Source: an uncultured delta proteobacterium (GTDB taxonomy: Bacteria; Desulfobacterota; Binatia; Binatales; Binataceae). Taken from it: a stretch of DNA of 64,000 bases. Below, one piece after another: positions 19,822-27,922 of this stretch. The notes beneath the pieces are model-generated. The model had not been told where the DNA came from, did no database searches, and saw only the letters and a list, made by a program, of their open reading frames with translations. A program made the translations under genes and the position numbers. Position 1 is the first letter of the stretch, and each line of letters begins with the position of its first letter. The stretch covers positions 523,058-587,057 of the forward strand of contig CAWDTQ010000014.1 of NCBI GenBank assembly GCA_963805315.1, read 5' to 3'.

Positions 19822-21078
19822 ATGAGTATCGAGGATACCTATCGCGCGGCGACCGAAAAATCCGCGCAACTCGCCAAGCGGGCCGAGCGCGTGATGCCCG
19901 GCGGGGACACGCGAACCACAACCTACTACCGGCCCTACCCGCTCGCGCTCGAGCGCGGCGAAGGACCTTTCTTGTGGGACATCGACGGCAACCGGTACAT
20001 CGATCTGCTTGGCAATTACACCAGCCTGGTTCACGGCAACGCGTATCCGCCGATTGTCGAGGCTGTAACCAGGGCGGTGCGCGACGGCAGCTCGTGGCCG
20101 GCGCGCTCGGAGGCGCAGACGGAGCTGGCGGAGCTGCTCTGCGAGCGCGTGGCGTCGGTGGAGCGCGTGCGATTCTGCAATTCGGGGACGGAAGCCGGGA
20201 TGCTGGCGGCGCACGTCGCGCGGCGCCTCACCGGCCGCAAGCTAATCCTGATGGCGCGCTACGGCTATCACGGATCGTACGAAGATTTGGAAGTGGGACT
20301 GGCCGGGCAGGACGGTGAGCGCACGATGCTGGCGGACTTCGGCGAGGCGACGGCGTTCGAGGCGCTGCTTTCGGAGCGCGGCTCGGAAATCGCGGCGGTG
20401 TTCCTGGAGCCGATTCTCGGCTCGGCGGGCGTGGTGGAGCCGCCGGTGGGTTTTTTCGAGCGGGTGGCCGAAGCGACGCGGCGCGCGGGCGCGATGTTCG
20501 TCGTCGATGAGGTAATCACGCTACGGCTGGCCGAAGGCGGCGGGCAGCAGATTTTCGACGTCAAGCCGGATCTGACGATGTTCGGAAAGATCATCGGCGG
20601 CGGATTCCCGGTCGGAGCGATTGGCGGCAGCGAAGAAGTGATGTCGGCGTTCGACCCGCGAAATCGTGGCGCGCTTTTTCATTCGGGCACATTCAACGGC
20701 AATCCGGTCACCTGCACCGCCGGCGCGGTGTCGATTCGCGAACTGACCCAGGCGCGCATCGACAAGATGGCCAAGCAGGGCGAGCGCCTCGCCGCGGAGC
20801 TGGCGCGGGCGGCGCGCCAGGTCGAGCTGCCGTTCTCGGTACGGCACTACGGATCGCTGATGAACGTATTTTTCCTGAAAGAGGCGCCGGCCGCGACGAT
20901 CGCGCGCGACGACGCTCGCGCGATTGCCAACTTCCATCTGGCGGCGCTCAACCAGGGCTTGTTTCTCGCTCCGCGCGGGATGATCGCGCTCTCAACGGTG
21001 ATCACCGACGAACTGTTGAGCGAGATTTGCGAGCGCGCCGCCAAGGCGATGGCCGACGTCGCGCAGGCCGGCAAGTAG
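19822..21078 (+). CDS. Class III PLP aminotransferase (glutamate-1-semialdehyde aminomutase-like)
   Basis: Contains MPGGDTRTTTYYRPYPL..GEGPFLWDIDGNRYIDLLGNYTS, VRFCNSGTEA, FVVDEV and a FGKIIGGGFPVGA Lys motif. Confidence 0.85.
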   Translation: MSIEDTYRAATEKSAQLAKRAERVMPGGDTRTTTYYRPYPLALERGEGPFLWDIDGNRYIDLLGNYTSLVHGNAYPPIVEAVTRAVRDGSSWPARSEAQTELAELLCERVASVERVRFCNSGTEAGMLAAHVARRLTGRKLILMARYGYHGSYEDLEVGLAGQDGERTMLADFGEATAFEALLSERGSEIAAVFLEPILGSAGVVEPPVGFFERVAEATRRAGAMFVVDEVITLRLAEGGGQQIFDVKPDLTMFGKIIGGGFPVGAIGGSEEVMSAFDPRNRGALFHSGTFNGNPVTCTAGAVSIRELTQARIDKMAKQGERLAAELARAARQVELPFSVRHYGSLMNVFFLKEAPAATIARDDARAIANFHLAALNQGLFLAPRGMIALSTVITDELLSEICERAAKAMADVAQAGK

Positions 21079-21308
21079 GCGCAGGAATCGGCACATAGCT
21101 TCCGTTAAGCGGCGAGCGCGTGCGCGTTCTCGTTGACGCGGGTCTCCGTTTATAATCGCGACGCCGAATTGACTTGCGCCCGTCACACGAAATTTGTGGC
21201 GGTGAAAACTCTCATTCATCGTCCCGTCAACTTCCCCGGTTAGTGTGCGCCTCTCGCGGATCGAGTTGGTCCGCGCGCAAACCACAAATCCAGGGAGGAA
21301 TACTCAGT

Positions 21309-22928
21309 ATGCGAGGAACCAAGCTACTCGCGCGCGCTATCAGTGCGCTCGCGATCACCGCCATGTGCACCGGGACCGTAAGCGCGGCGACGCCGACTAC
21401 GCCGATTCAGCACGTCGTCGTGATCTTCCAGGAAAACGTGTCGTTCGATCATTACTTCGGCAGTTACCCGAACGCGGCCGGCTTCGTCGCGCAACCGGGA
21501 ACCCCGACCGTGAACGGACTGACGGGCTCGCTGCTGAGCAACAACCCAAATGCGGGCAACGCCGCCAACGTACCGCAGATCAATCCATTCCTGCTCGATC
21601 GCAGCCAGGCGTCAACTTGCGATCAGGATCATAACTACGGTGACGAGCAGAAGGCCTTCGACATGGGCCTGATGGATCTGTTCCCGGCCAGCGTCGGCGT
21701 GGGAGAAAGCGCCTTCTGTCTCGACAATTACTCGTACGGAATGGGCAAAGGGATCGTCGAGGGTTATTTCGACGGTAATACCGTAACCGCGATGTGGAAC
21801 TACGCGCAGAACTATGCGCTGAACGACAATTTCTACGGGACGACCTTCGGGCCGTCGACGCCCGGCGTATTGAACCTGGTGGCTGGCAACACGAATCCGG
21901 CGACGCTAACCGGGTCATCGACCAAAGTCGTGGACGGAACGCTGGTCGGCGACCTCGATCCCACCGGTGACGTGTGCTCGAGTGCGACCAATGTTCAGAT
22001 CGGCGGGCAGAACATCGGCAATCTGCTTAGCGCGCAGGGGTTGAGTTGGGGCTCGTTCATGGGGGGCTTCGATTTGACCATTACCAATCCCAACGGAACC
22101 ACCGGGTGCAAACGGTCGAGCCCGGCGACTGCTGCAAACGACACCACAAATTTTCCCCCACAGCCGGGTGATATGAATTTCACCGCCGACTACATTCCGC
22201 ATCATGCTTTCTTCCAGTATTGGGCCAGCACCGCAAATCCTACTCACGCACGGCCCACAGTTCCCGCTAGCGAGTACGGCATGTTCAGCAGTCCCACTGA
22301 CGCCGCCAACCACAACTACGACATCAACGATTTCTACGACGCGCTCGGCGCCAACAATCTGCCAGCGGTCAGCTTTCTCAAGGCACCGGCGAACATGGAC
22401 GGTCATGCCGGCTACTCCGATCCTCTGATGGAACAGGAATTCGTGGTCAACGTCATCAACGCGATCCAGAACTCCGGCTTGTGGAGCAGCACTGCGGTTG
22501 TGATCACGTGGGACGATTCAGACGGCTGGTACGACCATCAGATGAGCCCGATCGTCAACTCGTCGGCGGTCCTGCAGACCGGCTCCGCGTCGAACAGCGA
22601 CCAGCTCAACGGACCCGGCAAATGCGGCAATGGCACGCCGCTCGACGGCATCGAGGGCCGCTGCGGCTACGGGCCGCGAATCCCGATGCTGGTGATCTCG
22701 CCGTGGGCGAAGCAGAACTTTGTCGATCACACCTTGACCGACCAGAGCTCGATCATCCACTTCATCGAGGACAACTGGGGCCTCGGGAGGATCGGCGGCG
22801 GTTCGTTCGATGCAGAGTCGGGATCGATCGAGAACATGTTGGACTTCTCGCAGAAGGTGAACCCGGGGCATCGCCACCAGGTGTTCCTGAATCCTTCGGA
22901 CGGAACGATGGCTGGCGGGCACAAGTAA
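21309..22928 (+). CDS. Secreted phosphoesterase family protein (AcpA / non-haemolytic phospholipase C family)
   Basis: The RBS is GGGAGG. A signal peptide (MRGTKLLARAISALAITAMCTGTVSA) is followed by IQHVVVIFQENVSFDHYFGSYP and ...ITWDDSDGWYDH. Confidence 0.8.
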   Translation: MRGTKLLARAISALAITAMCTGTVSAATPTTPIQHVVVIFQENVSFDHYFGSYPNAAGFVAQPGTPTVNGLTGSLLSNNPNAGNAANVPQINPFLLDRSQASTCDQDHNYGDEQKAFDMGLMDLFPASVGVGESAFCLDNYSYGMGKGIVEGYFDGNTVTAMWNYAQNYALNDNFYGTTFGPSTPGVLNLVAGNTNPATLTGSSTKVVDGTLVGDLDPTGDVCSSATNVQIGGQNIGNLLSAQGLSWGSFMGGFDLTITNPNGTTGCKRSSPATAANDTTNFPPQPGDMNFTADYIPHHAFFQYWASTANPTHARPTVPASEYGMFSSPTDAANHNYDINDFYDALGANNLPAVSFLKAPANMDGHAGYSDPLMEQEFVVNVINAIQNSGLWSSTAVVITWDDSDGWYDHQMSPIVNSSAVLQTGSASNSDQLNGPGKCGNGTPLDGIEGRCGYGPRIPMLVISPWAKQNFVDHTLTDQSSIIHFIEDNWGLGRIGGGSFDAESGSIENMLDFSQKVNPGHRHQVFLNPSDGTMAGGHK

Positions 22929-22951
22929 GTCGATCGTTTACGATGTAACAG

Positions 22952-22989
22952 GGCGGGCGGGTGCGATGGACGCGCCCGCCTTCTCTTTT
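22952..22989 (+). terminator. Putative Rho-independent terminator between the convergent phosphoesterase and mscL genes
   Basis: An 8-bp GC stem (ggcgggcg ... cgcccgcc) is followed by ttctctttt. Confidence 0.55.
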
Positions 22990-23012
22990 GCGACAATCGA
23001 TCCTGGGGTGAG

Positions 23013-23456
23013 CTACGCCGCCTTCAGTTCCGACGTGCAATGAGGGCATCGCGTGGCGGCGAGCGGGATCGCGGTTGCGCAGTAGGTGCAGTCTTTGGTC
23101 GAGGGAGGCGCAGGCTTGTCGGCGCCGGTCAGGTGATTGATCCATTTGACCAGCAGGAAGACTGCGAACGCGATTATCACGAAATCGATGATCGTGTTCA
23201 GGAACAGTCCGATGTTCAGCGTCGGCGCACCCGCAGCCTTTGCGGCCGCGATTGTCGGGTAACTCTTCGACGACAGATTGATGAAGAGGTTTGAGAAATC
23301 GACTGCGCCGAGCGCCAGCCCAATCGGCGGCATCAGGATGTCGGTGGTGAACGAAGTGACGATTTTCCCGAATGCGGCGCCGACGACGAAGCCCACGGCG
23401 AGATCGATCACGTTGCCCTTGATTGCGAACTGCTTGAACTCTGAGAGCATCGACAT
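23013..23456 (-). CDS. mscL: Large-conductance mechanosensitive channel MscL with a C-terminal CxxC..CxxC extension
   Basis: Reads [33 protein letters not shown]...MPPIGL. The extra tail is [24 protein letters not shown]. The RBS is GGAGGA. Confidence 0.9.
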   Translation of the reverse strand: MSMLSEFKQFAIKGNVIDLAVGFVVGAAFGKIVTSFTTDILMPPIGLALGAVDFSNLFINLSSKSYPTIAAAKAAGAPTLNIGLFLNTIIDFVIIAFAVFLLVKWINHLTGADKPAPPSTKDCTYCATAIPLAATRCPHCTSELKAA

Positions 23457-23635
23457 GAATGCATCCTCCGTTGGACGGTTGGATTGGCAAAGAGCCTCGC
23501 CTACAAAAGCATCGCGGCGCGGCAATGTAAATCGACTCGGATTGACTTTGCGGAAACGCTTCTGTTAGCCGATGTAGCGTAGGATTTCGCCGCGGCAGAT
23601 CTGCTGCAAATACGCGCGATCGGGGAGGACGCCGA

Positions 23636-24757
23636 ATGGGATCAGTTCATATCAAGGATGAAGAGCGGGTCGGCTCGGAAGCGAAATTCAAACTCGAGCC
23701 GTCGGTCTATCTGCAGAAGCTCTACGAGTCCGGCACTCCCGACCTCGGCTGGATGAACCAGATGGGCGAATGGGGCGTGCGCGCCAAGCCGGGTAACCTC
23801 GGGTTGCGCCTGAAGGACATCCAGATCGGCAGCTATGGAATCATTCCCGAGCACGGCGGAGCGCATCGCTCGATGGCGCCGCGCGGCGCGGTGATTTCCG
23901 ACGACCTGCCCTCGCTCGGATTCACGATTAACGAGAAAGCCGAGTGCTGGGCCGACAACGTGACCGAGCTGTACGAAGAGGCGGTCGCGCGCCAGTGGAG
24001 CTCCGCGCGCGACATCCCGTGGACGGAACTCAAGCCGCTGCCCGACGACCTCGAGCGCGCGATGTGCCAGTTGTGCACGTTCCTGACCGAGGTGGAATTC
24101 ATCGCCGCCGACGCGCCGACGCGATGGATGGGGCAGATGAATCACGACTTCTTCGAAGTGAAGATGTTTCTCGCGACGCAGGCGATGGACGAGGCGCGTC
24201 ACATGGACGTGTTTCGAAAGCGCGCGCTCGCCAACGGCGGCGGACTCGGCAAGGCCAGCCCTATAAGCGAGCTGTCGTTGAAACGAATCTTCGATTGCCC
24301 GAGTTTCTCCGCGCAGACCGGCCGCCTGCAACTGCTCGGCGAGGGCTTCGTGCTGACGATGTTCCGCCAGGGCGAGTTCCTGGCGCCGAGCCGCGTCGAT
24401 CAGGAGATCTTCCGGCGCTGCATGCAGGACGAATCGCGGCACGTCGGCTTCGGCACGATGCATATCCGCGCGCAGCTCAAAGCGAATCCCGCGGTCGCGG
24501 AAGAGCTCCACGAGCAGCTTGACGACGCGGAGCGGATTCTGCTCGAGACGTTCAGCGTGCCGGAGGCCGTCGAGCCGATGGCGATCCTGATGGGCGGCGG
24601 AGTCGATCATTTCGACAAGGGCATGGAACTGCAGGGGCAGTTGTGGCGGCGAATCGTGCACGAGTACCTGCAGCGATGCGACTCGGCGGGACTCGACCGG
24701 CGTCCGCGATGCATCCTGCCGACGGACTTCAACAAGCTGTTCGAAGCGGCGGCGTAA
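23636..24757 (+). CDS. Ferritin-like diiron-carboxylate protein (oxygenase/desaturase-like; exact family not resolved)
   Basis: It has two E..(D/E)ExRH-type motifs: EVEF...QAMDEARH and GEGF...CMQDESRH. The RBS is GGGGAGGA. Confidence 0.6.
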   Translation: MGSVHIKDEERVGSEAKFKLEPSVYLQKLYESGTPDLGWMNQMGEWGVRAKPGNLGLRLKDIQIGSYGIIPEHGGAHRSMAPRGAVISDDLPSLGFTINEKAECWADNVTELYEEAVARQWSSARDIPWTELKPLPDDLERAMCQLCTFLTEVEFIAADAPTRWMGQMNHDFFEVKMFLATQAMDEARHMDVFRKRALANGGGLGKASPISELSLKRIFDCPSFSAQTGRLQLLGEGFVLTMFRQGEFLAPSRVDQEIFRRCMQDESRHVGFGTMHIRAQLKANPAVAEELHEQLDDAERILLETFSVPEAVEPMAILMGGGVDHFDKGMELQGQLWRRIVHEYLQRCDSAGLDRRPRCILPTDFNKLFEAAA

Positions 24758-25197
24758 TGCCGTCGTTTCCCGATTCAGAGTGGTTTCGCACCCTCGGCAA
24801 GCTGATGCATGCCGAGGGTGAACTTTTCCGGCGCCTCGGCTACGCGGAGACGCGCTTCGCGGTGCGCGTCGTGCCGAACAATACGGGTAACGGCGGCGAT
24901 CGAATCGTGGGGCTGGTGATCGACGGCTATCAGCTGACGGAAGCAAAGCCCGTCGTCGATCTGAATGACTACGATCCCGACTTCGTGATTTGCGGCAAGC
25001 GCGAGATTTGGGATCGGATGCTCGGCGAGATTGCGGAGCACGGTCGTCCCCAGCTTCGGCATACGCTGAGCTCGCTGGCGCTGGTGGGCGAGGAACTGTG
25101 GCTGGAGTCGACCGATCAGTTGCGCGAGGACAAGTTCTACCGCTTCAATCAGACGCTTCAGGAGCTGCTGAATCTCGCCGCGAAAGTTCCCGACTGA
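24757..25197 (+). CDS. SCP2 sterol/lipid-binding-domain protein
   Basis: The start overlaps the upstream stop (TAATG). The sequence MPSFPDSEWFRTLGKLMH...FVICGKREIWDRMLGE...GEELWLE is typical of bacterial SCP2-like proteins. Confidence 0.7.
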   Translation: MPSFPDSEWFRTLGKLMHAEGELFRRLGYAETRFAVRVVPNNTGNGGDRIVGLVIDGYQLTEAKPVVDLNDYDPDFVICGKREIWDRMLGEIAEHGRPQLRHTLSSLALVGEELWLESTDQLREDKFYRFNQTLQELLNLAAKVPD

Positions 25198-25216
25198 TCG
25201 CGGCGCCTCGACGAAA

Positions 25217-25342
25217 TTATAGCGTCGCTACGGCGGACGAAGCCGCGACCTGGGTCATGCCCGCATTCGCGGCGGCCATCACCGTTCCAAACATAATTAC
25301 TGCGGAAAGGATCGCGGCGAAAATAAAGCCGGCGGTGTTCAT
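25217..25342 (-). CDS. Possible 41-aa hydrophobic micropeptide (below the ORF-track cut-off)
   Basis: Reads MNTAGFIFAAILSAVIMFGTVMAAANAGMTQVAASSAVATL, preceded by GAGGAATGCAC. It contains a single predicted TM helix. There is no homology evidence. Confidence 0.3.
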   Translation of the reverse strand: MNTAGFIFAAILSAVIMFGTVMAAANAGMTQVAASSAVATL

Positions 25343-25418
25343 GTGCATTCCTCTGGTAGAGAATACGCACGGCGAGACCGCCGGTTACGTAGACTAAACG
25401 CCCCGTAAGGTTTGGTGA

Positions 25419-26336
25419 TTATGCGGCCTTGACGATCAAATCGTCAGATTCGCTCCTGCCGCCCCGGTCCCGACCGTGCGGAGTGCCGTGGCGAACGTCG
25501 GTGGCGAGGCCGAGTTTCTCGAGCGCGAGGATCAGCATGTAGCCGGCGTCGGGTTGGCGCCAGCTCCATCCGAGCCGGGCGGAGCCGGGGCGCGCGTGAT
25601 GGTTGCGATGCCAGTTCTCGCCCTGGAACAGATGCATCAGCGCGAGCCACCTGACGTTGCGGCTGGAATCCTGGCCGACGGTGATGCCCGGTTCGGTGTG
25701 GCAAACGCTGTTGACGAAACATTGCGCGTGAAGTCCGAAGCACAAGCGAATCGCGCCCAGCCAGAAAAATGCGGCCGGGCTGAAATACAAACCGCCGAGA
25801 TATGAAAGCGCGAGGATCGGCGTCTGGAACCATCGCCAGGCTCGATACTCGACGCCGCTGAGATCGGGGCAGTAGCGATCGACCGGCGGCTCGCCGGCCT
25901 GCCACAACCATCGCAGATGCGCCCACCAGAAACCGCCCCACACCGGGCTCGAGATGTCTTCCGGGGTGTCAGCCTTGGCGTGATGCAGACGATGGCCGGC
26001 GGCCCAGGTGGTCGGCGCGCCGGAGCCGTTGAACATCGCAAAGAAAATCAGCACTCCGCGCGCCCACGGATTCAGCGTGAGCGAGCGATGCGCAATCGCA
26101 CGATGGTACCCGACCGTGGTGCCGAGTCCGCCGATGAACACGAGCGCTACCGCGCCGAGAAATACCGGCCATCCGGGAATCGGATACAGCACCAGTCCAA
26201 TCGCGGCGGTAATATGAATGAGGCAAACCCAGAACAGTATCGAAATGTCGCGACCCGCGGCGTGCCACCAAGGCTTCTTCCACGGCTCGTTCTTTAAGGT
26301 TTCTGTCGTGCTCAACGTCTTGAAAGCTGCTGCCAT
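25419..26336 (-). CDS. Membrane fatty-acid (acyl-CoA/acyl-lipid) desaturase
   Basis: It has three His boxes: HRAIAH, HRLHHAKAD and NHHARP (with HTEPG nearby). ATG 26336 follows AAGGTGGAG. Confidence 0.85.
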   Translation of the reverse strand: MAAAFKTLSTTETLKNEPWKKPWWHAAGRDISILFWVCLIHITAAIGLVLYPIPGWPVFLGAVALVFIGGLGTTVGYHRAIAHRSLTLNPWARGVLIFFAMFNGSGAPTTWAAGHRLHHAKADTPEDISSPVWGGFWWAHLRWLWQAGEPPVDRYCPDLSGVEYRAWRWFQTPILALSYLGGLYFSPAAFFWLGAIRLCFGLHAQCFVNSVCHTEPGITVGQDSSRNVRWLALMHLFQGENWHRNHHARPGSARLGWSWRQPDAGYMLILALEKLGLATDVRHGTPHGRDRGGRSESDDLIVKAA

Positions 26337-26637
26337 TCGTTTCTCCACCTTCTGAATTTTGCCCACACCGCCACCCATGCCTGTCTGCGTTGCACGGATG
26401 TTGATGCCTCGGGCTGCCACGCGCGCGTGCTTGCGCGCTCCTGGCTGCCGCCAGCATCAGCACATTTTCACTTTTACCGAGATGCCTTCGATTCCAAGGC
26501 GGGGAGCGGAATGTGCTTGCCGTCGCGGCCTAGGACATTACAGCATACAGACGCCGCGCGCTACATCCGGTTGCATAAACATAGCAAGTCGCGCCGGTTA
26601 AACTTTTGTCAGATGTCCCCCAGGTAACACGGGAAAA

Positions 26638-27838
26638 TCAGCGCCACGCGCTCATCGCAAGACCGATTAGTCCACCGCCGAGCACCAGCCACGCGGAATT
26701 CACGCGATAACGAATCAGGACGAACGCGCTCAAGGCCGCGAGAATCATCGTCGTCACGTCCACGATCGCGGCGCGCGCAAGAAACAACGTCACCGCCGCC
26801 ATCAGCGCCCACGCGCCGACATTGACGCCGTCGAGAAACGCGCCGGCGAGCGGAGAGCGTCGCAGGTGTGGAATCAGCGGGCCACTGATCGAGACGAAGA
26901 AAAACGAAGGCAGGAAAATTCCAAGCGTAGCGACCACCGCGCCGCGAAATCCGCCGAGGAGGTAGCCGATGAAGGTCGCGGTCGTGAACACCGGGCCGGG
27001 AGTGATCTGGCCGACGGCGACGGCGTCGAGCAACTGCGCCTGGGTGAGCCATCGCAATCGATCGACGAGATCGGTGCGCAGGAACGCGAGCAATACGTAG
27101 CCGCTGCCGAACAGCACCGCGCCGACTTTCAGGAAGAATAGAAATAAAGTGGTGAGGCTGAACGGGACCGCCACCACGGCCGCCGCGAGCGCGGCTCCTT
27201 TTATGGCGGGCGCGCGCGTGGCGACCGTCGGGATCGCGGCGAGCGTCGCGCGTGCGGCGCCGCGATCTTCGACTGCGCGAATCGCGAGCATCACGACTCC
27301 GCCGCCGAGCAGCACTATCATGTCGTTGACGTCGAGGATGCGACGCGACCAACGCCACGATCGCGATTGCCGCGAGCAGCCGCGACTTGATCGCTGTGCG
27401 GCCGAGTCCCCACAACGCCTGCAACACGACCGCGATGATCACCGGCTTGACACCGTAGAGCAGACCTACCGCCTGCGGCATCGTGCCGAATCGCACGTAC
27501 ATCCACGCGATCGCCAGCACAATGGCGGCCGCCGGCAGAATGAAGCACGCGCCCGCGACGACGAGCCCCGCAAATCCCGCCCGCAGTTGCCCGATGTGAA
27601 TCGCCATCTCGGTCGAGTTGGGGCCGGGAATCAGGTTGCAGACGCCGAGCATGTCGAGGAACCGCTCATGCGTCATCCATCGCCGGCGGCGAACGACCTC
27701 GTCTTCCATCATCGCGATGTGCGCGGCGGGACCGCCCATCGCAAGCGTGCCGAGTCGAAGAAACAGCAGGGCCAGCTCCCACAGCGCATCGCGTCGCGTC
27801 GGGGGATTCTCGATGCTGTGAGAAATCGGTTCGCCCAT
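26638..27838 (-). CDS. chrA: Chromate transporter ChrA (two CHR domains), with a frameshift near 27325-27345
   Basis: The N-terminal half reads LLFLRLGTLAMGGPAAHIAMMEDEVV..RRWMTHERFLDMLGVCNLIPGPNSTEMAIHIG. The C-terminal half (ORF 26638..27321) reads FLKVGAVLFGSGYVLLAFL...GQITPGPVFTTATFIGY. Confidence 0.85.
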
Positions 27839-27922
27839 CTGGTAGTGTCCTAACTTGCCGGACTGTCCGAAGCGAGAGTCCCCGACACTCAATTCGCGCT
27901 ACCCTTCTGCTATCATCCGCAC

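Noticed and set aside
23642-24946. 434-aa minus-strand ORF
   Set aside because: It is antisense to the diiron and SCP2 genes, has Arg-rich low-complexity composition, and has no RBS or motif.
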